The notes below the pieces were generated by a model, which saw nothing but the letters and a program-made list of their open reading frames with translations, did no database searches and was not told the origin of the DNA. The position numbers and the translations under genes were made by a program. Positions 63,534-64,000 of a stretch of 64,000 nucleotides of DNA are shown here, piece after piece (position 1 is the first letter of the stretch; every line of letters begins with the position of its first letter). This DNA is from Coriobacteriia bacterium. GTDB taxonomy: Bacteria > Actinomycetota > Coriobacteriia > Anaerosomatales > JBAZZO01. Location: contig JBAZZO010000006.1 of the NCBI GenBank assembly GCA_041658765.1, positions 37,947 to 101,946 of the forward strand, written 5' to 3'.

Positions 63534-64000
63534 ATGGCGACATCACCGACAAGACCACCGAAGGACAGGGCAACGGCCGCGCGGGCGGGACGTCCCCCCA
63601 GCGTATGGCCCACGCTCGTCATCTTCGCAGTCCTCGCGGCGGCGATCGCCACAGTCGGTCGCGTTTACTACGTCGAACAGCGTCGCGCGATGCTCGACCA
63701 CCAGCGCGACGAGATAGGCGCCATCGCCCGCCTGAAGGTCGGGCAGATCACACAGTGGCGTAGCGAGCGCTTGACGTTCGCGCGCGTGCTCTTCGCCGAT
63801 CCGCGTTCCGTCTCGGAGGTCGAGGACTACCTAGCGGGGCGAGCGACCCCGGCGGACCGTGCCCGGCTCGAGCGTTGGCTAGTGACCGCCGCGACCACGG
63901 ACGAGGCGCAGGGGGTCTGCCTCTTCGACAAGGCCGGGACTCGCGTCTTCGAGAGCGCCCCTCACGAGGTGGGGCCTGTGGACCGCGCCGAAGTTACCGA
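63534..64000 (+). CDS. membrane-anchored sensor protein, N-terminal part (3' end outside the window)
   Basis: The frame is open from ATG 63534 to the window end (my own translation: MATSPTRPPKDRA...WPTLVIFAVLAAAIATVGRVYY...). One TM helix is followed by an extracytoplasmic region. It is absent from the ORF track because no stop is reached. Confidence 0.5.
   Translation, partial: MATSPTRPPKDRATAARAGRPPSVWPTLVIFAVLAAAIATVGRVYYVEQRRAMLDHQRDEIGAIARLKVGQITQWRSERLTFARVLFADPRSVSEVEDYLAGRATPADRARLERWLVTAATTDEAQGVCLFDKAGTRVFESAPHEVGPVDRAEVT

Noticed and set aside
63514-63717. 67-aa ORF at the right edge
   Set aside because: A different frame starting at ATG 63534 stays open to the window end and encodes a plausible TM-anchored sensor N-terminus. 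The 67-aa product is Arg/Ser-rich.
1-64000. CRISPR arrays, rRNA/tRNA genes, insertion sequences, prophage or integrase genes
   Set aside because: No regularly spaced repeats, no tRNA-like T-arm (GGTTCGA-type) in the few non-coding gaps, and no transposase, integrase or recombinase motifs were seen in any frame I read. This was a scan by eye, not an exhaustive search.

Overview
This 64 kb window is visibly GC-rich and almost entirely coding, with about 66 CDS. I saw no rRNA, tRNA, CRISPR array, transposase or integrase. The gene content (UPF0182, PspC/LiaF-type envelope genes, an RlpA-like gene, high GC) suggests an anaerobic Actinomycetota-like organism, but that is inference only. The centrepiece is a 22.6 kb single-strand, tightly coupled Wood-Ljungdahl super-operon (31757-54319). 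Its gene order is fhs, acsV, cooC, folD, acsD, acsA, acsB, acsC, a GltD-ferredoxin-MvhD fusion, metV, metF, a second cooC, acsE, NuoE-like, NuoF-like, a CBS protein and formate dehydrogenase. The ORF track splits the formate dehydrogenase at an in-frame TGA (52676-52678). That codon sits at the active-site Sec/Cys position and is followed by a SECIS-like hairpin, so I read the gene as one selenoprotein. Other highlights: (1) A textbook T-box leader (promoter, K-turn/specifier region, UGGU antiterminator bulge, terminator) precedes an aminotransferase-ddl operon (56750-57065). (2) Two paralogous HEAT-repeat + HD-GYP gene pairs (13695-16996 and 22708-26300) encode four proteins that all share one uncharacterised N-terminal domain. 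(3) A 434-nt leader precedes an RlpA-like gene and is a weak candidate for a c-di-AMP riboswitch. (4) A small islet with two toxin-antitoxin pairs lies directly after the operon. The left part of the window carries an ABC-2 exporter, LysE and EamA exporters, tandem PAQR/hemolysin-III genes and a PAS-GGDEF-EAL protein. All calls come from reading the supplied translations and the nucleotide sequence by eye. No database search, covariance model or folding program was run.
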